Assembly (NCBI GenBank): GCA_032718475.1
Contig: JAUCBJ010003334.1
Coordinates: 1 to 62,439 of the forward strand
Direction: 5' to 3'
Length of the DNA stretch: 62,439 nucleotides
From: Nemertoderma westbladi
Taxonomy: Eukaryota; Animalia; Xenacoelomorpha
Position numbers and translations under genes: made by a program. Positions 13,016-25,700 of this stretch are shown here, one piece after another. Position 1 is the first letter of the stretch; every line of letters begins with the position of its first letter. The notes below the pieces were generated by a model. The model was not told where the DNA came from. It was given only the letters and a program-made list of their open reading frames with translations, and did not search any database.

Positions 13016-14011
13016 ATGTCTGATACTAAGCAGAACCTGTCAGACAGTTTATTAGATGTAACTATCTGCGACTCAGATAAGGGTGTAGAACCGTCTACAC
13101 CTAAATTCAGTTCACCTCCCACTGTGAGGAAGGTCATCCCTCCAGTAGTAACAACAGAACCTAGGCTGGTCCAACACCGTAGGTCTATCATAGGCACTCG
13201 AGCTCAGGTCAAGCGGGACCAAGAAGCAGCGGAACAGCAACAACCCGCGAGCCAAGAACTTATTTCTCAGCGGCCCGACAGCTCCAGTAGTGGAGATACT
13301 GTAGAGCTGACACCCGAGTGCGGAGCAAGGATGACGGATGCGGTTTATTCGGATCCCCTTCTCATCCTTCCTGCAGCCGTACTCACTAGGTTATTGATCG
13401 CGGTGGAAGAACACCAGATCGATTGGGCGAGAAGTAAGCGATCAACTAAAGATAGTTATGAGGGATACACAAGGGAAGAACTGAAGTCTATGGTCGAGTC
13501 GCAATGGAACTTCCCCGGACCCAGACTCCCGTTTGATTTATCAGAACCTGCCTGGGAAGACATACACCGGATGGGAGTAGCCAAGGAGACCACCGATCCA
13601 GCTGTGTGGAAGAGGTCCGCAGCCGGATACGCACAGGGATTCTTCAGCTCTATGGAGCGAGTAGAAAAACAACTGTTTCAACAACCCCAAGGACCTCAAG
13701 AGCAGGGACAACTGCTTTATCAAGTTAGAGAAAGAATTCTACGAATCAGGCTAATCTTATCAGCCTTTGAGGAGGCTTCTAAAAGAAGACAAGACACGTC
13801 GTTGCAAGTTGCTGTAAAGACTTGGTTTCAACGGGTGAGTCTCCAGGTTCAAGGAACGGCTCAGTGGAAAGCTCAGCTAGAGGAGCGCTCAACCCATGGA
13901 GAATCCACGGATATGCTACCTTTTCCCAAGTGGAAAGTGAAGCGACCGCAGAGAAGCCGCATAAGAGGGATGCCATTGACATTTATCTGTCAGACTATCA
14001 GCGTTTTTTAG
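13016..14011 (+). CDS. ORF1 / N-terminal Gag extension of BEL element 1 (overlaps the main ORF, which is in the -1 frame)
   Basis: 331-aa ATG-initiated ORF after the leader; the 13822 ORF opens on TTG with its first ATG ~460 bp in, suggesting the two are joined by a frameshift. Confidence 0.7.
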   Translation: MSDTKQNLSDSLLDVTICDSDKGVEPSTPKFSSPPTVRKVIPPVVTTEPRLVQHRRSIIGTRAQVKRDQEAAEQQQPASQELISQRPDSSSSGDTVELTPECGARMTDAVYSDPLLILPAAVLTRLLIAVEEHQIDWARSKRSTKDSYEGYTREELKSMVESQWNFPGPRLPFDLSEPAWEDIHRMGVAKETTDPAVWKRSAAGYAQGFFSSMERVEKQLFQQPQGPQEQGQLLYQVRERILRIRLILSAFEEASKRRQDTSLQVAVKTWFQRVSLQVQGTAQWKAQLEERSTHGESTDMLPFPKWKVKRPQRSRIRGMPLTFICQTISVF

Positions 14012-17000
14012 GAGATGAAGAGTTGAGGAGAAGGCTAGATGGACTTAGCCCTAATAGTGAAGGAGCCCAGCGTGTGTTGGACGCAATTGATGTGGATAGG
14101 TTAGCGGCGAACCAAGCTAAATTCGATGAACAACTCCGCATCGCTAGAGACCAAGAAGAAAGGGTGAAGAAAAAACGCATAGAAGACAGAAAGAAAGCAG
14201 CAGTAGCAGCTGCCGAAGCGGAAAGGAAAGCAGCCGAAGAGGAAAGTAAAGCAGCCGAAATGGAAAGAAAAGCGGCAGCGGCAGCGGCAGAGGCGGAAGC
14301 GAAAAGAAAAGCAGCCGAAATGGAAAGAAAAGCAGCAATGGCAGCGGCAGAAGCAGAACGGATAGCGGCTGAAGAGATCGCCCAATTAGAACTGGAAAAT
14401 ATTCAGGAGAATCAAGACTGCATAAATAAACAGTTAACAGCTAGTAATATGCAGATGATGAATCGATCTACTCCCAAAAGACAGGGATATACATCATCTG
14501 AGGAAGGCGATACCACCGATACTGAAGGCAAAGGAAATAGATCTCGTCTAAGCAGACGTAAAAGAACATTCCACCGTCAGAAATTGCCTGATTTGCCTCT
14601 AGCTGTTAGAAGGCAACTAAATAACACCAACTTAGGTAGTACAGAACCCACAGACCAAATAATTACAATAGAAAGACTCCCTACTATAGTAGATGAGCCT
14701 GAAATAATTAGGCCTGTTCTTGAAATCACCCCTTCGGTGATAGAGACACCTGTGCTCCCTGAACCTACCTCTAAATTCCCTCTGCACAGCACTAAGCTAC
14801 CTGTGCCCAGTAGAACAGCCCATGAGACAGTTCAGGTCCTGGACTCCGAGCGAAATATTCATGATTTGTCGCCCGTTGTCCCTCGTCCGCCCGCTACAAC
14901 GTTGGCGAATCCCGCTTCGGCGGTCGAATGGGTGGAGGAGAGACGACGGGGGATGGATCTCCTGCTCGGACAGATGCAGGAGACCGTTCAGCAATTCAAG
15001 GGCACAGTAAGGGAAAGTAGGCTAGAGTTGCAAGAAGTGCAGCAAAGTATCGCGCTAGAACGCGATAAATTAGTAAATACACAAAAGGGTATACCACCAC
15101 CCCCTGTAACAATGTGTCAACCTGTTAGGTCTGAAGTATCTCATGCGCAAGGTGTGGAGCCTACACGCATCTATACTGCTAGCGAAGTAGAAACTCCTAT
15201 AGTGAACCCTATTAAGGGTAATTATAGACCTGTTGATAATGATATTCCCTATAGACCGGATCATAATCCGAGAAATTTATATACCGATAACTCGATATTA
15301 AATAACACGATGGCCCAAGAAAGTTTTACGCGTCAAATGGCTAGAACCGAAGCCCGGCAAGCGGTAAAGGTGGGAGTGATCGTCAAGTTCAATGGAGATG
15401 AGATGAAATGGTTACCTTTTAATGAATATTACAAAGATAACATACAGTACTCTGTGCTATCTAATGGAGAGAAACTTAGATTCCTCATCGAGTGCTTGGA
15501 AGGATCTCCCAAGTTAATGGCGTTAAAGTTTATTGGACATCCAGGCGGATTAAGACAAGTTTGGGATACACTAAACATCAGGTATGGTAATAGGAATAAC
15601 ATAGCTGGGTATTTGTATGCAAAGTTGGTAGCGCCCCGAAAGTTTATTAGCAGCGGGATTATAGAGTTTTCCGATGAGATTCAGGAGATCTGCAGACAAT
15701 TAGATTGGCTAGGTAAGTCTAATGAGTATCAGAGTGCTATGGTTATTAGAGCAGTGGCTTCTACTTTACCGAAGGGTGGAGTAGGTACACGCTGGGATAA
15801 GAAAGTGTTATATATGATGGAACAACAACGACGAGACCCTACCATGGCTGATCTCATGTCATTCCTAGATGGAGAAGTGAAATTACAGCTCCTGAAACTG
15901 TCCAGAGAGAAGACACCGGAAAACAAGGTAAGTGAAAAACCCGTCTCTAGGAGAAAGGTAACACCAGTGTGTTATACAGATGACGGCGAAAGCCAGACTT
16001 CTCAAGGAGAAGATAGCGGGAAAGACGCTGACAGATCTTATTACGTAAATAAAATGCCTAAAGATCAGGTAAGTAAATTCAAGTCTCGAACCAATGACAG
16101 GAGAGAACAGGTAAGAAAAATTCCTCCTACGTCTCCCAAGAGAATTCAGGTGAGAAAGCCCGAAGAAAAAGCAAGTGTGCACAATGTTACGCAAAATAAG
16201 GTAAGTAACATCAAACCGAAATATGCGCTATGTGATGGGACCCATCGCTTGAATATGTGTGATGAATTCCTGAAGAAATCATTAGCGGAGAGACGGGAAG
16301 TCATGTGGGATAAGCGGTTGTGTTATAATTGTCTCAGACGAGGACACCAACGGCGAACCTGTTACTCCGACACAAGGTGTGCAAAGTGCGGTGCGAAACA
16401 TCATATCTTGTTGCACACTGAATTCGAGCGAAATAGTCCGAGTCAGGTAAGTGATTCCGAACTACATGTCCAATTCAGTGATGTGAACGACACTGATCAA
16501 TCTGAGATGGAAGGATTCTATACAGACGAGTTCTCCGACGAAAACGAATCCTGTTACATGATAAATACCGCAGTGTATCGAGCACTCACTTATGAAAAAG
16601 ATACAGACATTGACCTCACTCTAACTACTTCTGATCGACAACCATCTTGGAAAGCGCCAACTTCCAATGTAGGGATTAGAGAATTTCCTGTGGTACAGGT
16701 AAGGGTCCACGGACCAAAAAGGAGTTATGTAGTGAACGCCCTCCTTGACTCCGGTAGTACAGGAACATTCATCGACAAAGAGCTAGCTGAAGACATATTC
16801 GCTGGACAACCCAAATTCCGAACTAAGCTAAACATGTCAGGGATTATGCAGGTTTGGAAATCTACAGTAACAGCGGATTATTATGTAGGTGCGTTGTCCA
16901 CCCCCCAGGACGAACTAGGAGAACATAGCATAAGGTCAGTGAAAATGGTGGCTATAAAGAACTTCGCTACTACTCAAGCAGACCTTTATAATTGGGACGA

Positions 17001-20000
17001 GGATGAGAGCATCCAACATCTTAAGATACCTCGATTCCAGACTGATTATCCTGGAGTGCAAATACTCATCGGCCAAAACGCGCATGAGGCGCTCGAGACA
17101 TTGGAGAAACGGCCTGCTCAACCGCAGCCACTACAAACCTATGCGGTAAGAACTAGAGTAGGTTGGTACTTTACTGGCCCTTCCCGTAGAACTCTCATGG
17201 AAAGATTACCGAAAGATCAGGTATATCAAGTGCGAGAATGGGAAGTTGAGAACAGTGAGTTCGACGATCCAACTGAGGGAACTCCATACTCCTCAGACAA
17301 CGACGATATACATCAACTTTTCGATGAGGAGAATGCCATCGATCTCCTTAAGGAAAGCGAGACTTGGCAAAATCAAGTGAACTTATGTCAACTCCTTCTC
17401 CCATGCGAGCGAGACGACTATAACAACGAGCTTAATGACGTCATTGAACGTTATAATGCCAAGACTCGGGATGAACACGCCGTGAGATTCTTTACTCAAG
17501 AGGTCGTAGAGCCCAACTCCTACGATAAGGCCCTATCGGTGGAGGAAGAAAGAGCCAAGCAGATCCAAGCGACAACTACTCGTTTTCTTAAAGATCAAGG
17601 TAGATATGAGATCGGTCTTCCTTTCCGAAAGCGAGAACCAAAGTTCATTAACAACAGACCTTTGGCAGAGAAAAGAATTGCTCAACTACATCGACGCCTT
17701 ACGGCAAATTCTTCACCTAAAGAAATGTATCAAACGCAGTTGAAGAAGTTTATTAGCAAGGGATATGCGGAGCTAGTACCGGAAGAAACCCCTATAACTG
17801 AGAGAACGTATTACTTAACTCACCATTACATTCCCAAACCCGGTAAACCCCATGAAGTACGAGTGGTGTTTGACGGTTCTGCCCTTTATATGGGCCAATC
17901 TCTTAATTCTGAATTGTTACCCGGACCCAACTTACTCCAATCCTTGTTGGGAATACTATTAAGATTAAGACAATACTCCATTGCTTTCGCCTCAGATATA
18001 GAAGGCATGTTCTTACAAGTCAGAGCGCTGGATAGGGATCGAGATAGCCTACGATTTTTGTGGTGGCCTGAAGGAGACCTCAATAAGAAACCTGTGGAGT
18101 ACTGGATGACCATCCAAGCCTTTGGGATAATCTCGAGCCCTTCAAACGCCTGTTCCGTGGTGCGCACCACTGCGGATGACAACCGAGACGCCTTCTCTAA
18201 AGAGGTGATCGACAATATCAAACGAGACATCTACATGGACGATAATCTGAAGTCCCTTCCATCAGTAGAAGAAGCCATTGAGGTCGCTAAAGGAACGGTA
18301 GAATGCTTAAAGAAAGGAGGATTTCGATTAACTAAATTCACTAGCAACTCCCGTGAGTTTCTGGAGTCGATCCCGGTAGAAGATCGAGGAACAAAAGACC
18401 TAGATCTAATAAAGGATGATCTCCCAGAAACTAAGACCCTTGGTTTGAAATGGGACACAGAAAGAGATATCCTGTTTTTCCAATTAAAACAGCGAGATAA
18501 TCCAGTTCGGACTAAACGGATTTGTTTAAGTATCCTGAGCACTTATTTCGATCCATTGGGATTTATTAGCCCAGTTATATTGATTGCTCGGAGTTTAGTA
18601 CAACAAATGTGGCTTGAAAACCACTCATGGGACGATCCACTTAAGGGAGAATTATTAAAGAAGTGGATGAAATGGGAAGATTCTCTACCAGCCATCGAAA
18701 ACTTTATAATTTCCCGTTCATATTTTGGTCATGTTCTCCCTACGTATTCATATCAACTCCATGTGTTTGGAGACGCCAGCGATATGGGAATAGGTATAGT
18801 AGCCTACCTAAGGGTGGAAACTCCGGACGGAATTAAAGTCGCCTTGGTTACCTCTAAGGCATTGATAAACAACAAGTTGAAAGTTCCTCGAGCGGAGTTA
18901 AAAGCGGCTCTATACGCTACAGCCATCGGCCGGAATGTAACAGAACAGATAGACTATCCCCTGGAGAAAACTGTCTATTGGACCGACGCTTTACTCGTGT
19001 TGGAGTATATAACCAATGAAGTCTGTCAGTTCAGCGTCTTCGTTACCAACAGAGTAGCTATTATACCCAGTCGCACGACGATGGATCAATGGAGACATTG
19101 CCCCGGAACGATTAATCCAGTGGACATCGCTTCCAGGGGAGCAACTCCACAAGAACTGGTAGATACTCCAGACTGGTTAGGTGGACCCGACTTCCTCTAC
19201 AAAGAAGAAGAAGAATGGCCTCCTCATCTTACTACAGCAGAAATTAGACAGGCCAAGGGAGCGGAGAAAGTCAAGCCTAAAACTCAGGCGAGTAAATCGA
19301 AGTTATTCAAACCCACAGTAGATCTGTCTGTACTACATACTTCCGGAGACGACGCTTTGGATCAGAAACCCACAGCCACAAATAAACCCGTTGTGGAAAT
19401 CCGTGATAAGGATTGGAAATCTGGCATACCAGACGTCTCGCAAGGACTCTCACCTCTTCTGCAGAGAGCGATACATCACTACAGTTCCTGGAATCGGCTC
19501 TGTAAGGCCGTTACATATTTAAAGAGATGTTTTCACCATCACTACTCTGAGATGAAAGCAAAGGGTGATACCGCTCCAATCACATCAGTGCAGGTCCATG
19601 TTATTAAAGATCTTCCCCAATATAAGATACCCGACAGGTTTCTGAAGGAGAAGATCAGTTATCAGGAGCATGAAGAAACCAACAAACAGATGCTGAGACT
19701 CTTACAATGCTATGAAGATTCCGATAAGTATTTCCTGTTGTTGAGAAATCCACAGATGCGCTTAAGGGATCGTTTCTCTAGCACAATGATAGATGGGTTG
19801 ATACGTGTTGGAGGAAGGTTAACGAATGCCCCATTATCCTTTGATACTAAGTTCCCCATACTCATTAGAAATCTTGAAATACAAGTCAAGATGATTGTAG
19901 ATGTTCACAGCAAACTTTATCATGCTGGTAGAGAACGAGTTCTTAGCGAAATTCGAACTCGCTATTATTTTTATAAACCCCGTAGAGCTCTGAACCAAGT

Positions 20001-21117
20001 TCTTAGGAACTGTATACCCTGTAGGAAAGCATTCAGTAGGCCTTTGACACAGCGAGAGGCAGAATTACCTAGGGAACGAGTAAGCTTTTATGAACCACCC
20101 TTTACTAATACCGGTGTGGATTTATTTGGCCCTATTAAAGTATATCGTGCTAGGACTATAGTCAAGAGATGGTGTGTAATCTTTGTTTGTATGACTTGTA
20201 GAGCCATCCATCTCGATATGGTGAACGATTTATCTACCAACAGCTTTCTATTAAGCTTACGACGACAGATCGCTCGCTTTGGCACTAGTAACACGATGAG
20301 ATCTGATAAGGGAACAAACTTCATTGGTGCCAACAATGAAATCAAAGCTTACGTCAAAGATTGGAACCAAAGACAGGTGGACGACCAACTATGAGTAACA
20401 GCGTCTAGTTGGACCTTCAACGCCGCCGACGCCCCTTGGTGGGGAGGAAGTTGGGAGAGATTAATAAGAAGCGTGAAGACAGCATTTCATTTTATAGTGC
20501 CTTGCCGCGCTTATCTCACCGACGAACTTTTGCGGACGTTAATGGAAGAAATCGCCGCCTATCTCAACGAGAGACCGCTTATGCCAGTCTCATCGAGTCC
20601 CGATTCCCTGGAAACGCTAACACCCGCGCACTTCCTTCTGAAGAAACCTGTAGCCATGCTCCCACAATCGAAAATCACAGACGGAGACGAATACTGCCGA
20701 CAAACTTGGCAACTCATGCAGTTGTTATCCCGTCGTTTCGCTGACCATTTCGAAAAACATTATCTGCCCACGCTACAACTTCGAACTAAGTGGTTTGCGC
20801 AGCAAGAAAACGTCAGCGCTGGAGACATGGTTCTTATTGTGGATGTAGATCTTCCACGTAAGCAGTGGCAGACAGGTCGTATAATCGAGACGCACATCTC
20901 GGATGACGGTTTGGTGCGATCGGTAGAACTCGTCGTCATGCGACGTAACTTCAAGAAACCGGGAATTGTCTTCGAGACGCAGCAGCTCAATCGCCCAGTG
21001 GGACGTTTATGTTTACTGGACAGAGACAGAGAACTCTCCGGAAACTATGGGAGACAAGACACTCTTCCCACGACCACCTCCCTAATCCAACAAACATCTA
21101 GGGACTCCCCAACTTAA
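13822..21117 (+). CDS. gag-pol: BEL/Pao Gag-Pol polyprotein with one in-frame TGA (20392-20394) inside integrase
   Basis: KFNGD..W gag core, three zinc knuckles (first one C>Y), LLDSGS protease, SDIEGMF/YMDD RT, FGDAS/PRAEL/WTD RNase H, HSKLYH..CIPC, DLFGP, SDKGTNF, WWGGSWERLI integrase; 20473-21117 is in the same frame. Confidence 0.95.
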
Positions 21118-21658
21118 CAACGGCTGGAGTGGGTGTGTGACCATATTACTTTATATTTGTATTTGTTTTATTTTTATATTTATGTATGTATTATTATGTA
21201 ATTTTATTTTAATCGTTTTATTTAATTTTATTTAGTAGTATGGTATTTTAGAGATTATTTAGTAGATTAGTGCAATATATATTCGCGTTTATTATTTAAT
21301 TACGTATATTATATATTTAGTGCGACGGCGAGAAATAATTCTTTTTCTCTTTCCTTACTGCCCGTATTACATTATCAATACGTGACTACAGTAAGATGAA
21401 ATCTTCGTACTTACTAAAGTACAATAAAGCCACTACTATATTCAGTATTATTGGTAGGCAGAGTATTAGGAATGCAAAGTTCAGATCCTCGTGTCTCGGC
21501 TAAACCAAGCTCTGGGTAGACCTTGGAAACGACTTGCATCTTCAAACTGACATTGCTTCGTGCAATATTGCTCTCATACCGTATATTAAATAATACATAT
21601 AGTAGCGTGATGTCCCTTTAACAGTAGCGTATAACGCAAAATAAATCTGTTAAACCCT

Positions 21659-21930
21659 TTGACCATCTGTAATTCTAGTCGATTAAGATATCGCGGCACC
21701 CACCGATATACTTGAAAGACAAATTTCTAGAATCAATGGTTAACGTCCCCAGACAAGTTCTGGAATAAACTGGTGCCCATCCTAAATATTAATTATTAAT
21801 ATTTACAAAAATCTGTCAAATATCAGATCCTTTAAAATTCTAGTCGATTAAGATATCGTAGCACTTACCGATACTCTTAAAAGGACAAAATTCCTAGAAT
21901 CAAGGATCCCAGTCCCCAGACACGTTCTGG
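21659..21930 (+). ncRNA. Duplicated stem-loop pair between pol and the accessory ORF
   Basis: Two ~105-nt copies with ATTCTAG/CTAGAAT, TATCG/CGATA and CCAGA/TCTGG stems; different but paired basal stems. Confidence 0.6.
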
Positions 21931-22568
21931 AATAAAATTGTGTCTATTTAACATTAAATAATAAAATTTACGGGAATAAATTTAAATTCAGATATTTTAA
22001 TGAATTTAATAAATTGTCATTTTAGTCAATTTATAACATTCCCAAAATTCCATTAATTAATAGATCATGGGAGCGGAGATTCACTCTATTAAGTGTATTT
22101 GTGTACGAGAATCTCCAATGTATAGTCAATAGCCGATAAAATTCATAGAATCATGTATAAAGGGGATATTGACCATTAAAGAATTACTATTAAATAGCAT
22201 CCCAGATCTGTATGCATGAGAATTACCCTAATTCTACCGCTAGCTTTCCATAATGTCACCATGGCAACAACCACGCTAGAATTAGAAGTGAGTTAAAAGA
22301 ACAATAGAAGGCATGCCCCATTGAATAGCATAGGGAATAAATAGCGCACTGCTAGTATCCAAGGATACATAATAAATACAGTGACATTCTGGAAGGTACT
22401 GACTAATGGACAAATGGCCCGAATGTGTGCAGTTTGTTGCAGTTGTGTTGAATTTGTGCGTTTGTAGGTGAATGTTACTACTAAGGTGTGTTTACAGTAG
22501 CGAGTCGCAATTGTGAAAGTAACCTTAACTCTCCAAGAAGAACCTGCAGTACATCTAAGCCTTTGGGA

Positions 22569-22676
22569 CGGACAGTGAAGTGACTTGTGCCGGTTATCGT
22601 TGTCGTTGTGTAGCTACATCGTTGGCGAAAGCACAGCGACGACGGTACATCGGCGCTGAGGATCTTACACTGTCCG
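22569..22676 (+). ncRNA. Long G-U-rich hairpin upstream of the accessory ORF
   Basis: CGGACAGTG/CACTGTCCG, GTGCCG/CGGCGC and 16-bp TATCGTTGTCGTTGTG/CACAGCGACGACGGTA stems. Confidence 0.65.
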
Positions 22677-22758
22677 GGGGCAAAAGAGGAGTAGGCAGCG
22701 ACGCCCGCTAGCCTAATATATACAAACTCATTATAATATTGATAAACTCATAGCAGAT

Positions 22759-25700
22759 ATGACTGAGTTGATAGAAGATGATCTTGGTATCAGAGAGCGA
22801 TATACTCTACCTTTACAAGCGTTTGTCGATAGCTTGACACGCGGCGACGCTGGTCCAACTACTACGGAGGATGATGGTCGTTATATCGAACCGCCAATGT
22901 CCCCGGAGCAACTTACGCGTGAATTGGACTATAGAAAGTTCACCGCTCGCTATACGCATCGTAATGGTACGTATATGGACTTCTTAACTACCGGCCATCC
23001 TATCGATTTACACGACATGGACGATGTGGATACCGAAAGGGAAATGGTTTTATTTAAATATCATACCCAACGGAATCGGAATGATAAGCCAAGAATAGAA
23101 CACGAGAACTCTATTCGAAACAGACTTGAAAGAGAAGACGTTGAAGAGCCGGATAAACGCAACGACTTCAACGATTATCTGGAATTCTTGAGAGAAACAT
23201 ACCTCAATATTGCCAGTCAACAAAATCTCGAAACTCGATATCCTCAAGGTATACATCATGATCCTATGATAGAACTCAAACGACTCTATTTCACTATGAT
23301 GTATCTTACCGCCGATCGACCGCTACCTGTCATCCCGGATAGCTTCGAACAGATGGAGGAATATTGTAAAACTGGAGAACGATCACCCGTGTTTCCTCTG
23401 CAGGACATGCGTCTTCGGTATTACTGTGACGAATGCCCTAGACCCAATCAGCAAACGGAAAGACATAAACATCCGCGGAGATGTTGCGCTAAACACAGTT
23501 TTACACGATATACTTACGGGAGTTTCGAGCGAAACCTGTTCGACGTATCCCCTGCGGTCGCTTGACTCAAGCGATCCTTGAACAAACCGATGATCAGAGT
23601 TCCGGAATACTCGGTCAGACCTCCGCATTCCTCAGTTAGACCTCAAACTCTTGACCCTAATAGTATCACGGATCCTCCCGAACTGTACTCACTGTTCAAA
23701 GATCTAGTGTTACCCGAACAGTTGATCGGTGGCACTCCGGTAGTAGGCTCACGAGACATTCGCCAACCCTACCTAGCTGGATTGGGACGTGGACATCTAA
23801 TATCGCCGTTTAACCCATACAACCGTCCCGGCTTCACCTCTATCCAACCCGTTACGGAAGTCGAAGAGAGCGTCGTACGAAACGCATTAGACGCTATTCG
23901 GCAGAAAATCGGAAAGGGAACGTACGATTGTTTGGAGAAGCGTAAATTGCAGCAACAAGTCCAAGCGGTAAAGGAATTAGCTTTACACCAGTTCGATAGA
24001 GAAATACAAAATCTTGAGGAGGACATCGAACGTGGACGAACCTACTCTTTACAAGAGTTTCTAGATGAGCGTCTACAACAACAAGCGGAGGAGAATCAGC
24101 TCGAGGAGAGACATATAGAACTGGATGAGAGAGAAGAAGCGGCTTTAGCTCAACCCGAAGCGCAAATCCTGATGACGGATCTCTACTCTAAAACCATTCT
24201 TCATCCCTCGATGGTTCCCCATTTCGGAGACAAACTTTTTGCGACGGCACAACCCCAACCGGTTGATATCAACCTAAGATCTCGAGATCTTATCGCCGAC
24301 GCTCCTATGTTGCAGCGTCCGCCCATCGAATCCGCTCGCGTCGATGGTATACTCGTTGAACCTCCGGACAATAGAGCAGATCTTGTCCGTCGCATGGTAC
24401 ACGATGTAAACATACGCGCTAGACCTTTACCGGACTCGTTTTATGGGATCAAAGATCACCCTTATTACGTCAATCTAAAACAATATTACATGGTAAAACC
24501 GGAAGATCCTACACATAGTCTGAAGTTTCTACCGTTAATAAATCCTCTCGATCTTGTCGAACTCGAACAACTGCAGAAACATCTGGATCAGTTAGTTAAA
24601 GTAAACTCGTTTCGAAAACCATATAATGTTTCCAGAATAGAGAAAGAAACAATACCTCCGTATAATCTTGATGGATTCATCAAAACTCGTTTAGTGCACT
24701 GGAATCTTGATGTGTTATTCGAGGAAGAAAGAATACAACGATATGGAGATGTGGAAACATATACCACACAATATTTAAAGTATAAAGACCTGCCTAATGC
24801 TAGCGAATGTGCTACCTTGTGGCATCCTGTGGGAATGACACTCGAAAACGCCACTAAAGAGTGGAACGAAACTCTTAACGTTATCGAGATGTATGGAGTT
24901 GTCACTTACGATAACGAAGGTAGCGTTCCGGTTGGAGAACTTGGAACTACGCGGATGATACACATACGAGGACTCGCTGGTTCTACCCACGTATTTACTC
25001 GAGCGTGTTCCGACGTTATTGATTATTCTTTTGAAACTCTTACTGAGACACAAAAGAAACTCCGACATGGACAATTTGAGCTCGCGCAGCGTTACGTCAC
25101 CGACACCGAGCGCAAACCGGCCATGGGTATCGATGGATCGATGTTACCCCAACCCGTGCTCGAGATGTTGTTTAACGAAGGAATCCTTAAAATCGGCTCA
25201 GCTGTTTATGGAGACCTACAGAACGACTTTCGGAATATGGAGAACATTCCATACCCCTTCGTTGATACTCAGCTGATTGCTCCTTGGGCAGAAGGCCGAG
25301 GTTTCTTCCTCACTATGTACGCCAATACACCCAGCGGTATTACTAAAGTACAACGAACCTCCATCGGACATCTTGCCTTTCAAGAATACGGATGGAATTT
25401 CAAGGTTGGAAATCCTATAAATTACCAACAAGTATACGGAGATCATTATTCTCGTTTATACTTTGATGGACCGTTGACCGCACCTGGCGCCGTGTATAGC
25501 TTTATGAGTGTTCCACTTCATCCCTCCTTAGCTATATACACGATCTTTGAAAACGCAGCACTTGCCGGTTGGCTAGCCGATGTGTGCAGTCGTACCATAC
25601 GCGCCCATCCCTTAATACTTGGAACCAAACTCGCCAAGTTAGATGAACACAATAAATTCATCCGCTTTGAATGTTTCAGGCGCTTTCTGACTCCATTCCG

